NCBI GenBank assembly: GCA_035604955.1
Contig: DATNHM010000017.1
Span: 16,853 to 80,852, forward strand
Direction: 5' to 3'
DNA from: Candidatus Limnocylindrales bacterium
GTDB lineage: Bacteria; Verrucomicrobiota; Verrucomicrobiia; Limisphaerales; UBA11358
DNA length: 64,000 nucleotides
In this document: piece after piece, positions 17,251-27,020 of the stretch
Numbering within the stretch: position 1 is the first letter of the stretch
Layout: each line of letters begins with the position of its first letter
Made by a program: the position numbers and the translations under genes
Notes under the pieces: model-generated
What the model was told of the DNA's origin: nothing
Seen by the model: the letters and a program-made list of their open reading frames with translations, nothing else
Database searches by the model: none

Positions 17251-17323
17251 GTGTGGTCTTCGGCGTATTTCGCGGCTGAAAGAAAAAAACTAACAGCCGC
17301 CATCGGCTGGCGGACTCTCGGTT

Positions 17324-17713
17324 TCAGGCGGGAGCGTACCGGGCGATTGCCGCCTGCAGGGTGTCCAGTTCGAAAGGTTTGCAGATAAAGGAATCGACGC
17401 CCCCGAGGGGGCAATCGGACGACTGAAGTTTTTCAGGAAAGGCCGTGATCATCACGACCGCCTGACTGGGTGAGCGCTGTTTGATGGCCGCGGCCAACTG
17501 ATCGCCTCTCATCTCCGGCATCAGGTAATCGGTAAAAATCATGTCGAACTTGCCAGGCTCAAACAACGCCAGCGCCTCGGCGCCGCTCTTGGCCCCGTGG
17601 ACGAGATAACCTTCGCCCTGGAGAAGGATCTGGACGCTCTGGCGAACGAGAGATTCGTCGTCCACCACCAGTATGTGACGTTGCCTGCCAGTACGCATTT
17701 TCATCATTGCCAT
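17324..17713 (-). CDS. Single-domain (CheY-like) response regulator receiver
   Basis: ILVVDDE, MIFTDYLMPEMRG (phospho-acceptor Asp) and FICKPF. No output domain. Confidence 0.85.
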   Translation of the reverse strand: MAMMKMRTGRQRHILVVDDESLVRQSVQILLQGEGYLVHGAKSGAEALALFEPGKFDMIFTDYLMPEMRGDQLAAAIKQRSPSQAVVMITAFPEKLQSSDCPLGGVDSFICKPFELDTLQAAIARYAPA

Positions 17714-17896
17714 CTAATCGCAAATTCCGTGCCAGTTCTCTCGCCCATTTATACGCCCGGCGTTTACGGACTGCCGGCTATCGGTATCGATTTCCGAGGC
17801 CGAAAATGATGGACAGAAGGCTGAAAACAGGGGAGCCGCAGCCGGCAGATGGCAGATGGAAAATGCCGCAGCTGACGCAATGGGTTTGGCATATAA

Positions 17897-19678
17897 TTGG
17901 CTGAACAAACCGAAATGCGCCTGAAAACTGGTATTTTTATGGTTTTGACTTCGATCCTGTGTTTCCGGTTTACACCGGAAATCCGCGCCCAAAGCAACGT
18001 GGTAGTGGCCTTCACGACGACCAATTCCACGCCGCTCAACATCGGATTCGCCGGCTTCACCACCGAATTGTTGGGCACGGGCATCGAGTATGGCGACACC
18101 AACATGCAAAAATATGCCGCGATACTTTCGCCGGGCTGGTTGTTGTTTCCGGCCGGGACAACGGGCGATGCCTTCAACTGGCAGACCAGCCTGACCGATA
18201 CCAACTGGGTCAATACCATCGGCCTGATGGAAGGCCCGAACAACCCCGCTTCCAATCTGACCGCCGACACGGTCCTCGCGCTCCAGGGCAAGGGCGGCGC
18301 GCAATTCACCAATTTTGCCGGTCTGGCTGACAATCTCGGCGGCGCACAAATCATTGTGTGCATCAATGGTTTCACCGACACGAACACCGCCGATGCCGGC
18401 GCATTCGCCGCATTTGCCTTGAGCAACCACATTCACGTGGCGGCGTGGGAATTGTGCAACGAGCCGTATCTGTTCCAGGGCTCGAACGATTTCTTCACCA
18501 ACGGCACGGATTATTGCAACAAGATGCTGCCGTACCGTAATGCCATCAAGGCGGCCGATTCCAATGCGGTGGTGGCGGTATTCTTCAGTGATCCCTCACG
18601 ACCCGGCATGAGCTGGGACAATGCCCTGGCCCGCTATGGCGCGACGAATCAATTCTGGGACGCGGTGGTTTACCATTACTATCCGCAGTTGCCGACGAAC
18701 GCCGCTTTTGCGGATTTGATGGCGATGGACAATGGCATCCTCTACAGCAACAGCACGCTGTACATCACCAACACCCTGATGGCCGACAACAATTCCAACA
18801 CAACGTTCTTGCTGACGGAATTGAATCCAATCAACGGCAACGGCAATGGCACCCAAAATCCGCCGACCAGCACGCTTTACGGCGGCATCTTCGACACGGA
18901 ATATATCATACGCCTGTCCACCTGTCCGCGCGTGAGTTTTGCCGGCAGCTACCAACTCGTCAACGGCAGCGGTGTGGACACCACCAATCAATTCTGGAAT
19001 CCGGTGACCCGGGCCGCCACGAATAATTACGTAACCAACACCATTGGGCTGCCGTTCGGTTATTTCCTCAGCGCCCAGGGTTCTGCCGAAGCGGTGGCTT
19101 ATTGGGCCATCAACCGTTCCACAGCAGTGTGTGCCACCACCGTGGGGACGAATTGCCCGACCGTGCCCATGGATACCAATGGCACTCCCCTGCCGGCGAT
19201 TTACGCGCAGGCTTACCAGGGTGACAATGGCCGGCGTTATGTGCTGCTGACCAACAAGGGCTCGAACGCCGTGCCGGTGCAAATCACCCAGGACGGCAAC
19301 ACGCTGACCAATCCATTCCTCGAAACGTTTGTGACCGGCAGCGATCCGAGCGTCGTCAATTCCAATCCGGCGACCAACAACATCGTCATCCAGACGATGA
19401 CCGTGACCAACCCGGTCATCATTCCTGAATTCAGCGTGGTGCGGCTGGAATGGACGGCGTTCAGCGTGCCGCCGCCGGTGCTGGCCCTGACCGTGTCCAA
19501 TGCGATGCAGAATCTACAATGGACCGGCCTGACGAACGTCGTTTATAACGTCCAGGGCGTCACCAATCTTCTGGGAACGTGGACGACGCTGGGCCGGGTG
19601 GCCAATCCGCAGACTGATTTCGGCTTCACCAACTGGAATTCCGGGCCACAGCAGTTTTACCGTCTGGCGGTTCCTTGA
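17897..19678 (+). CDS. Secreted putative clan GH-A (TIM-barrel) glycoside hydrolase with C-terminal FYRL module
   Basis: Signal peptide. AAWELCNEPY carries the clan GH-A acid/base NEP motif. The family (GH79/39/30-like) cannot be decided by eye. C-terminus ...LQWTGLTNVVYNVQGVTNLLGTWTTLG...QQFYRLAVP. Confidence 0.55.
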   Translation: MAEQTEMRLKTGIFMVLTSILCFRFTPEIRAQSNVVVAFTTTNSTPLNIGFAGFTTELLGTGIEYGDTNMQKYAAILSPGWLLFPAGTTGDAFNWQTSLTDTNWVNTIGLMEGPNNPASNLTADTVLALQGKGGAQFTNFAGLADNLGGAQIIVCINGFTDTNTADAGAFAAFALSNHIHVAAWELCNEPYLFQGSNDFFTNGTDYCNKMLPYRNAIKAADSNAVVAVFFSDPSRPGMSWDNALARYGATNQFWDAVVYHYYPQLPTNAAFADLMAMDNGILYSNSTLYITNTLMADNNSNTTFLLTELNPINGNGNGTQNPPTSTLYGGIFDTEYIIRLSTCPRVSFAGSYQLVNGSGVDTTNQFWNPVTRAATNNYVTNTIGLPFGYFLSAQGSAEAVAYWAINRSTAVCATTVGTNCPTVPMDTNGTPLPAIYAQAYQGDNGRRYVLLTNKGSNAVPVQITQDGNTLTNPFLETFVTGSDPSVVNSNPATNNIVIQTMTVTNPVIIPEFSVVRLEWTAFSVPPPVLALTVSNAMQNLQWTGLTNVVYNVQGVTNLLGTWTTLGRVANPQTDFGFTNWNSGPQQFYRLAVP

Positions 19679-19712
19679 GCACAGGCGGAATGTAAGGCAG
19701 AGAAAATCGCAC

Positions 19713-20294
19713 TCATCCGCCGACGCCGGCGTATTCTTCATCTACCTTGAGATTCATGCCCATCAGGATGAGATCGTGTGACACGGCTTTCATGTCGAGC
19801 ACGTAATCCTCCAGGCACATGATCCGGGAGAAACCAATGTCTTCCAGCGCGCGGATGGCCACCTTGCGTTCGCCGTTGAGTTCGGTCTCCAGCTTGCGCA
19901 AACCCAGAACCCGCGCGATTTGCACCTGTTCCTCCACCAGGATTTTAGCCACGTCGCGTCCGCGGTAACCGGGATGCGTCAACACGCCGATCAAGCCGAT
20001 ATGCCGCTTCCAGCCGCCCGCCCTTTGATGCAGCGTCGCTTCGCCGATGATTTTGCTGCCGTGCAACATCAACAACGGCAGGTTGCGCTCGAAATCGGGG
20101 TGGCGGCACCAGTCGTGGAACATTTTGCGCTCATAAATGGGCTGTTTGATGAACAGCCGCTCCTCCTCGGGCACGGCGAGAAAAAATTTGTGAAGTTTGG
20201 CTTCGTCCCGTTTGTTGAGCGGGCGCACGATGACCGACGTGCCGTCGCGCAACTTCAATGAGATCGGATATTTTTCGAGCGCAAGTTCGAGCAT
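19713..20294 (-). CDS. GNAT-family N-acetyltransferase
   Basis: The acetyl-CoA binding segment GVLTHPGYRGRDVAKILVEEQVQIAR fits the (Q/R)xxGxG/A pattern. 193 aa. Confidence 0.75.
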   Translation of the reverse strand: MLELALEKYPISLKLRDGTSVIVRPLNKRDEAKLHKFFLAVPEEERLFIKQPIYERKMFHDWCRHPDFERNLPLLMLHGSKIIGEATLHQRAGGWKRHIGLIGVLTHPGYRGRDVAKILVEEQVQIARVLGLRKLETELNGERKVAIRALEDIGFSRIMCLEDYVLDMKAVSHDLILMGMNLKVDEEYAGVGG

Positions 20295-20520
20295 GGCATT
20301 CTTTTTTGTTCCGCCATTCCTGTAGCATAAACCCGTCGGTTTGAAAAGCTCGAACCGGTCGAAGGGACCGCGGGAGTTCCACCCGCCGCGGCCGGGATGG
20401 CCGGAAGCATCCCAAAATTCCGAAGGCTTTGCGCAAGCGGAGGTTCTGCGGCTGAGACCGCCGCGCCCGGCCCGGCTTTTTTATCGCCTCGTGGCGATAT
20501 CCGTGTCATCTTCGCCACCC

Positions 20521-21489
20521 GTGGCCGACACAACACTGACCGACAAAACCCGCGCGTTTCTCGACTCCGCCGGTTGGGACGTCGCTGGCGAGCCGCTCAC
20601 CGGCGACGCCTCGGCCCGGAAATATTTCCGGCTGCGAAAAGAGAGGCTAAGCGCCATTCTCATGGACGCCTCGCGGGCACTGGCATCCGTCGCACCCTTT
20701 GTCCGGATGGACGAACATCTGCTCAAGCTTGGCTTCAGCGCGCCGGTCATTCTCGCCCGCGACGAGGCAAAAGGCTTGCTGCTGCTGGAAGATTTTGGTG
20801 ATGCCACCTTTGCCCGGCTGTTGGATGACGGCACGGAACCGGAAAAGCTTTTCACCCTGGCAACCGACGTTCTGATTGCTTTGCACAAACTTCCCCAGGC
20901 CATTCCCGCCGACCTGCGCGCGTATCATCCGGAAAAAATGCTCGAAGACATCGAACTGTTTCTGGACTGGTGCACGCCGGGCATCTCTGAAACGGGCCGG
21001 GCTGAATTCACATCCGCCTGGCGTGAAGTGCTGCCGGTGGCGCATCGGGTGCCGGCCTCGCTGCTCTTGCGCGATTATCACGTGGCCAATCTGATGCTGC
21101 TGCCTGATCGCACCGGCGTCCCACAGGCCGGGTTGCTCGATTTTCAGGACGCGTATCAAGGCCCGGTCACCTACGACCTGGTGTCGCTGCTCGAAGATGC
21201 CCGGCACGATATGCCGGAGGGGTTGCCGGAAAAAATGACGGCGCGTTATCTCGCGCAATTCCCGGCGCTGGACCGGAACCATTTTGAAACTTCCCTGGCC
21301 ATTCTGGCGGCGTTGCGACATACGCGGGTGCTGGCCATCTTCGAACGGTTGAGTCGGCAAGAGGGCAAGCACGATTACAAGCAACTCCATTCCCCGCGCG
21401 TGGAGCGATTGTTGCAAAAAGCGTTGCGCCATCCCATGCTGAGTCACGTGAAATACTGGTTTGATGAATACGTGAAACCTGTTGCATGA
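20521..21489 (+). CDS. amgK: Aminoglycoside-phosphotransferase-fold sugar kinase, AmgK-like (anomeric MurNAc/GlcNAc kinase)
   Basis: Track ORF 20341..21489. The probable start is GTG 20521 (VADTTLTDKTRAFLDSAGW). Motifs GDASARKYFRL, RDYHVANLM (catalytic HxxN) and LLDFQDAYQGPVTYDLVSLLEDAR. Adjacent to a MurU-like gene. Confidence 0.6.
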   Translation: MADTTLTDKTRAFLDSAGWDVAGEPLTGDASARKYFRLRKERLSAILMDASRALASVAPFVRMDEHLLKLGFSAPVILARDEAKGLLLLEDFGDATFARLLDDGTEPEKLFTLATDVLIALHKLPQAIPADLRAYHPEKMLEDIELFLDWCTPGISETGRAEFTSAWREVLPVAHRVPASLLLRDYHVANLMLLPDRTGVPQAGLLDFQDAYQGPVTYDLVSLLEDARHDMPEGLPEKMTARYLAQFPALDRNHFETSLAILAALRHTRVLAIFERLSRQEGKHDYKQLHSPRVERLLQKALRHPMLSHVKYWFDEYVKPVA

Positions 21490-21648
21490 GCGCGACTATG
21501 TTTTCGCAAACCAAACCCCGGGAGCGTCGGCATCTTGCCGGGGTGTGGCGCCCTGATCTGGAGACTCGCCGGCAGGATGCCGGCGCTCCCGGACATGCAC
21601 TTGCGCAGCTTGCACAAAGAGTGGCCAAATCAATTGAAGCAACTCCCC

Positions 21649-22350
21649 ATGCCTGACATCAAAAAAGCGATGGTGCTGGCTGCCGGTTACGGCACACGGC
21701 TGAAACCCCTGACCGACCGCATCCCAAAACCGCTGGTGCCCATCGCCGGCAAACCGATGATTCAATACGCGCTCGAAAAGCTGCAGGCCTACGGCATTGA
21801 AGAAGTCGTCATCAACGTCTCGCATCTCAAGGAGCAACTGAAGGCGTGGCTGGCCGGACGCAAAAACCTGACGGTCAAATTGTCCGAGGAGGCCGAGCCG
21901 CTCGAAACCGGCGGCGGATTGAAAAAGGCTCTGCCGTTGCTGGGTGACGAACCGGTGTTCGTCGTCAACAGCGACATCATCTGGACCGACGAAGGTGAAA
22001 GTGCACTCGACCGGCTGGCGCGCCATTGGGACGACACGAAAATGGATTTTCTACTGCTCGCACAACCCAGGTCCAAAGCCGTTGGCTACGACCAAGGCGA
22101 AGACCACCTGTTCATCAAGCCCGACAACACGATTGATTGGAGCGAACACGATGCCCCGTACATCATCGCCGGCATCGGCATTTTTCATCCGCGCATGTTG
22201 CACGGCGCGCCCGACGGAAAATTCTCCGTGAAAATCCTCTGGCATCAGGCGCTGAAGCAAAACCGGTTGTTCTGCGTGCCGCATCACGGTCGCTGGTTCC
22301 AAACCGGCACCCTGGCCGACATCAAAAAAGCCGAGGAACAACTGAAATAA
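21649..22350 (+). CDS. murU: Sugar-1-phosphate nucleotidyltransferase, MurU-like
   Basis: The likely start is ATG 21649. MVLAAGYGTRLKPLTDRIPKPLVPIAGKPMI is the NTP-transferase G-loop. The pairing with an AmgK-like kinase is as in the Pseudomonas putida recycling bypass. Confidence 0.6.
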   Translation: MPDIKKAMVLAAGYGTRLKPLTDRIPKPLVPIAGKPMIQYALEKLQAYGIEEVVINVSHLKEQLKAWLAGRKNLTVKLSEEAEPLETGGGLKKALPLLGDEPVFVVNSDIIWTDEGESALDRLARHWDDTKMDFLLLAQPRSKAVGYDQGEDHLFIKPDNTIDWSEHDAPYIIAGIGIFHPRMLHGAPDGKFSVKILWHQALKQNRLFCVPHHGRWFQTGTLADIKKAEEQLK

Positions 22351-22618
22351 TATCCGCAGAATTCCAACCGCGCCAACGTCTTCCCCAAAACCGGCACCGG
22401 CCAATTACCACTTCCGCCATTTTTTATTTCCCTTGCTATCTACTTTTCTGCATAAATTGGGCTTGTGAAATGCAGCAGCGCAATTTTCAGGCACGGGAAG
22501 GCGGCGGTTGCCCTTATCGAGGTCCCGCCATTTGGCCCGGCTTTCAGTCGGGTCAACGGGAAAGACCTTATCGCCCGGCCTGACTTATTGAACAACGTTT
22601 AATCAAGGAGACCCGGAC

Positions 22619-23779
22619 ATGCCCATGACCAAACCCATCGCCACCGTCATCGCGGCCGCCACCATCAGCATCCTCGTCCTGGCCGGCTGCAAGCAGAACT
22701 CGCAAAGTTCCGCAACCCCCGCCGGCGGCAATGGTCTGGTCAAAATCCGTGTCGGTTACATCGGCCTGACCTGCGAGGCCCCCATCTACATGGCGGTGGA
22801 AAAGGGGTTCTTCAAGGAGGAAGGACTGGACCCGGTCCTGGTCAAATGCGACTGGTCGGATTACAAGGACGTAATGGCGTTGGGCGGTTTTGACATCACC
22901 CATCACCTGGTCATGTATTTTCTCAAGCCCATCGAACAGGGCCTGGACGTGAAATTCACCGGCGGCATCCATCGCGGCTGCCTGCGGGTCCAGGCGGCGG
23001 TGAACGGGAAAATAAATTCTGTTGACGACCTTCGGGGCAAGCGGATTGGCATCCCCGGCATGGGCACTCCGCCTTTCATTTTCGCCAACCGGGTCCTCAC
23101 CGCCCATGGCATTGACCCATCCAAAGAGATTACGTGGATCGTTTACCCGGCCGGAGAGCTGGGCCTGGCGTTGGACAAGGGAGACGTGGACGCGGTGGCT
23201 GATTCTGAACCGATCGGCACCCTGCTGGTCGCCCAAGGCAAGGTGAAGAACATCGCCGACCAGGCGAAGGATGCACCTTACAAGGACGAATATTGCTGCG
23301 AGGTGATTGTGAATGGCAAATTCCTTGCCGCCAATCCCAAGGCCGCTGCCGCCGCCACGCGCGCCCTGCTCAAGGCAGCCAAGTGGGTGCAAACCAATCC
23401 CGCCGCGGCCGCCCGGCTTTCGGTTGAAAAAAAATATCTCGCGTCGAACCCGGAACTCAACATGGTCGCGATTTCGCATTTGAATTACATCCCAAGCGTT
23501 TCTCTCGCCGAGGCCTCGGTCAAATCAGCCGCTGTCGCCATGAAGCAAGACGGCCTGCTCAGCCCCAGCACCGACGTGGATGAACTGGCCAAACGCGCCT
23601 TTGTGCATCTGGATGGAGTTTCGGATGAATGGATCAATTCGCTGCAGGTGGAAAAAGTGGCCGGCGGCCAATTGCCCCCGGATGAAAACGCCCGCCTGCT
23701 CGCCGAGCTGTCGCATAGCAAGGCGACTGTCACCGAATATGGCGAAATGTCATGTTGCAGACTGGCCAACACCAAGTAA
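22619..23779 (+). CDS. ABC importer substrate-binding lipoprotein (NitT/TauT, NMT1/THI5-like)
   Basis: Lipobox LVLAGC. VGYIGLTCEAPIYMAVEKGFFKEEGLD is typical of the family. Followed by a cognate permease and ATPase. Confidence 0.8.
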   Translation: MPMTKPIATVIAAATISILVLAGCKQNSQSSATPAGGNGLVKIRVGYIGLTCEAPIYMAVEKGFFKEEGLDPVLVKCDWSDYKDVMALGGFDITHHLVMYFLKPIEQGLDVKFTGGIHRGCLRVQAAVNGKINSVDDLRGKRIGIPGMGTPPFIFANRVLTAHGIDPSKEITWIVYPAGELGLALDKGDVDAVADSEPIGTLLVAQGKVKNIADQAKDAPYKDEYCCEVIVNGKFLAANPKAAAAATRALLKAAKWVQTNPAAAARLSVEKKYLASNPELNMVAISHLNYIPSVSLAEASVKSAAVAMKQDGLLSPSTDVDELAKRAFVHLDGVSDEWINSLQVEKVAGGQLPPDENARLLAELSHSKATVTEYGEMSCCRLANTK

Positions 23780-23796
23780 ACATCGCTCCGCTCGGA

Positions 23797-24789
23797 ATGA
23801 AGGAGCCGGTACCAAAAGCCGACCTCAGACGTGCTGCCGCGTCCAAGGGACGGTGGCGGGCCTTTCTGCCGGTTCCGGGGGCCGTCCTGGTGGCGCTCGC
23901 CGTTCATCTGGGACTTCCGAACAACGAGTTGCCATCCGAAGCCGGTTTATACTCGCGTTTTTTGACATTCATTCTTGGCGCGGCCGTCGCCGCCGGGCTG
24001 GTCCAGTTTCTCTGGCCGGGCCTGCGCCGTTGGATGCGGAACATGTGCCCGATTTTCGGGGCGGCCATCCTGACCTTGAGCCTGTGGGAATTAATTACCG
24101 GAGTTTTGCGTTGGCTCCCCCTGCCCTATTTCCCGGCTCCGGCGGCGGTGTTGCAAAGCATGGTCAATGATCGGGCTCTGCTCTTCGACAGTACCTGGCA
24201 TTCGTTGCTTTTGTTGCTTTCGGGTTACGTGCTGGGCGTCGCGATTGCCCTGATCACCGGAGTTTGCATCGGCTGGTCAACCAGCATGCGTTATTGGGGC
24301 ATGCCGCTGCTGAAGGTGGTCGGACCCATCCCCGCCACCGCCTGGATTCCGCTCGCGATGGTGGTTTCTCCTTCCGCGATGCTTTCGGCGGTGGGTCTGA
24401 TTTCACTTGCGGTCTGGTTTCCGGTAACGATGTTGACCATCTCCGGCATCGCCAACACTCGCGCGTCCTACCTGGACGTCGCCCGCACCCTGGGCGCGGG
24501 GCGGATTTATCTCATCTTTCGGGTCGCCATCCCCGCCGCCATGCCCAGCATCTTCGTCGGATTGTTTATGGGATTGGGAACCTCATTCCTGACGCTGGTG
24601 GTGGCTGAGACGGTCGGCGTGAAATCCGGACTGGGCTGGTACGTGAGCTGGGCACAGGGCTGGGCGGAGTACGGAAAGGTCTTCGCCGCCCTGATTATCA
24701 TGGCCGCCTTTTTTTCAACCATCATGACCTTGCTGTTCAAGTTGCGTGACCGCGTGCTGGGCTGGCAGAAAGGAATGATCAAATGGTGA
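23797..24789 (+). CDS. ABC importer permease (NitT/TauT family)
   Basis: Track ORF 23752..24789. Multiple TM helices. EAA-type loop SYLDVARTLGAGRIYLIFRVAIPAAMP. Confidence 0.8.
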   Translation: MKEPVPKADLRRAAASKGRWRAFLPVPGAVLVALAVHLGLPNNELPSEAGLYSRFLTFILGAAVAAGLVQFLWPGLRRWMRNMCPIFGAAILTLSLWELITGVLRWLPLPYFPAPAAVLQSMVNDRALLFDSTWHSLLLLLSGYVLGVAIALITGVCIGWSTSMRYWGMPLLKVVGPIPATAWIPLAMVVSPSAMLSAVGLISLAVWFPVTMLTISGIANTRASYLDVARTLGAGRIYLIFRVAIPAAMPSIFVGLFMGLGTSFLTLVVAETVGVKSGLGWYVSWAQGWAEYGKVFAALIIMAAFFSTIMTLLFKLRDRVLGWQKGMIKW

Positions 24790-26984
24790 CGTCCTCCCCA
24801 GCGGCCTCCAATGAAGGTTCCCCGCTCAGGATTCTGGGGATTAAGAAGACTTTTCCCGCAGCCAACAGCGCGACGGCGCAAACGCCGGCTTTGGACGAAA
24901 CCACCGTCTCGGTGGCGGCCGGCGAATTCATCTCCATCATCGGTCCGAGCGGCTGCGGCAAATCCACGCTCTTGCGCCTGATTGCCGGTCTCGATTTTCC
25001 CGACTCGGGCGAATTGTGGGTCGGCGATGCCCCCATCACCGGCCCCGGCGCCGAACGGGGCCTGGTTTTTCAGGATCCCAACCTTTTCCCCTGGCTCACG
25101 GTCAGCCACAACATTCAGGCCGGCCTGGTCGCGCGCGGCGTGCTCCATCAGAAACGGCACGAAGTGGATGAATTCATGCGGCTGGTGGGACTGGAAGCCT
25201 TTGCCCATGCTTATCCGCACCATCTTTCCGGTGGCATGGCCCAACGCGTCGCCCTGGCCCGGGCACTCATTAATCATCCCCAGGTGCTGCTGCTGGACGA
25301 ACCGCTGGGCGCGCTGGACGCGTTCACCCGCATGCGGATGCAGGACGAAGTGCTGCGCCTCTGGCAGGCCCGCCGCACCACCATCCTCCTGGTGACCCAT
25401 GACATTGACGAAGCCATCTACATGGGTGACCGCATTTTGATCATGACGCCGCGACCCGGCCGGGTCGAACAAATCATCCCCGTCGCCCTGGAACGTCCGC
25501 GCCAACGCAATAGCGAGGCATTTCTCCGTCTCCGGAGCGAGATATTGGACTTGCTCCACCTGGCCGGCAGCGACTCCCGTAAATCCGGGGGTGGACCATT
25601 CCCGGAAGGCGGCGCATCTGGAACGACACCCCCCGTGCCCGGCAATTCCCCCGGTTGTGAAATTTCTTCACCGCCCACCGGCGGGACCGACTGGCCGGAT
25701 TTGGACGCCCAGGTGATTATCATCGGTGGCGGACCGGCTGGTTCGACCCTCGGCGCTTATCTGGCGCAGGCCGGTGTGCGCCATTTGATTCTGGACCAGG
25801 CCGTGCATCCGCGTGCACACGTCGGCGAGTCGCTGGTTTGCTCCACGACCCGTATTTTTCAGGACATTCATTTTCTGCCCGTGATGGAACGGGAACCATT
25901 CGTGCGCAAGTACGGTGCGGTCTGGACCCACTGGGGAAACGAGCAGGAGCATGTCATCCGCTTTCGTGAAATTCCCGAGCTTGGCCTCACCCAGGATTAC
26001 ACCTATCACGTGGATCGCAGCCGGTTTGACCAGCTCCTGCTCCAACACGCCGCGCGTCAGGGTTCCCGGGTGCTCGAAAATGCGCGCGTGGAAAACGTCG
26101 AGTTTGACGCATCCGGCGCCGCCACCGGGGTGCGCGTGAAGCACAACGGCCAGGAACGCCGGTTGCGCTGCCGGCTGGTGGTGGACGCCTCGGGCCGGAG
26201 CACAGTTCTGGGCTCGCAACTCCACCTCAAACGCCACGACGCCCTCTTCGATCAATTCGCCCTGCACAACTGGTTTGAAGGCGTGGACCGCGGGCCGGCG
26301 GAAACGGCGGATTATATTCACATCCACGTCCTGCCGCTGCCGCGCGCCTGGGCCTGGCTGATTCCCATCAACCGGACGGTGACGTCCGTGGGTATTGTCA
26401 CCAAGGGCGCCGATTTCACCAAAGGCGGGGAGACGGCGGAGGCATTTTTTGCCCGTCACGTCGCCAGTCATCCGTTGCTCGCGCGCCGGATGGCCGGGGC
26501 CCGCCCGGTGCAGGAGTTCACACGCGAAGGCAATTACAGCTACGTCATGGACCGTTTTGCCGGCGACGGCTGGCTGCTCGTGGGCGACGCCGCGCGTTTC
26601 GTGGACCCGGTTTTTTCCTCCGGCGTGAGCGTCGCGTTGGAATCGGCCAAGCGCGCCGCGGAAGCCATCATTCATGCGCTGAAGCGCAACCGCGTGAGCG
26701 CCGATGCCTTTGCCGGATACGAGCGGACGTTGCGCGCCGGCGTGGACATCTGGCGGGAATTCATCCTGCTCTATTACCAGTTGCCACCGCTTTTCCTGGA
26801 CCTGATTGCCCGGCCCGATACCCGGGGCCAATTGACCAAACTCTTGCAGGGCGACGTCTATGACCGGTCGGCGGTGCCGATTCTGGCGCAGATGCACGGC
26901 ACCATTCAAGCGGTGGCGGCCGACCAGCAACATCCCTGGCACCCGCACCTGAGCAAAGATTTGATCCCGGCTGGTGAGAATTAA
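24783..26984 (+). CDS. Fusion protein: ABC transporter ATPase (aa ~16-260) + Pro/Gly-rich linker + FAD-dependent halogenase-like/geranylgeranyl-reductase-like oxidoreductase (aa ~309-733)
   Basis: ABC part: Walker A GPSGCGKST, Q-loop VFQDPNLFPW, signature LSGGMAQR, Walker B LLLDEP, H-loop VTHD. C-terminal part: VIIIGGGPAGSTLG (GxGxxG), WAWLIP (WxWxIP), VVDASGRS and GDAARFVDPVFSSGV. It is one uninterrupted ORF. The ATG overlaps the permease stop by 7 nt. Confidence 0.8.
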   Translation: MVTSSPAASNEGSPLRILGIKKTFPAANSATAQTPALDETTVSVAAGEFISIIGPSGCGKSTLLRLIAGLDFPDSGELWVGDAPITGPGAERGLVFQDPNLFPWLTVSHNIQAGLVARGVLHQKRHEVDEFMRLVGLEAFAHAYPHHLSGGMAQRVALARALINHPQVLLLDEPLGALDAFTRMRMQDEVLRLWQARRTTILLVTHDIDEAIYMGDRILIMTPRPGRVEQIIPVALERPRQRNSEAFLRLRSEILDLLHLAGSDSRKSGGGPFPEGGASGTTPPVPGNSPGCEISSPPTGGTDWPDLDAQVIIIGGGPAGSTLGAYLAQAGVRHLILDQAVHPRAHVGESLVCSTTRIFQDIHFLPVMEREPFVRKYGAVWTHWGNEQEHVIRFREIPELGLTQDYTYHVDRSRFDQLLLQHAARQGSRVLENARVENVEFDASGAATGVRVKHNGQERRLRCRLVVDASGRSTVLGSQLHLKRHDALFDQFALHNWFEGVDRGPAETADYIHIHVLPLPRAWAWLIPINRTVTSVGIVTKGADFTKGGETAEAFFARHVASHPLLARRMAGARPVQEFTREGNYSYVMDRFAGDGWLLVGDAARFVDPVFSSGVSVALESAKRAAEAIIHALKRNRVSADAFAGYERTLRAGVDIWREFILLYYQLPPLFLDLIARPDTRGQLTKLLQGDVYDRSAVPILAQMHGTIQAVAADQQHPWHPHLSKDLIPAGEN

Positions 26985-27020
26985 TTTCGCCATCCGGCCT
27001 GTCGAGGAAAGAACAGCGAT

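Noticed and set aside
22351-22618. Possible riboswitch in the 268-nt leader of the NMT1/THI5-like ABC importer
   Set aside because: I looked for TPP (CTGAGA...ACCTGA), cobalamin (B12 box GCCACTG) and SAM signatures and found none. A structured leader cannot be excluded, but I have no positive evidence.
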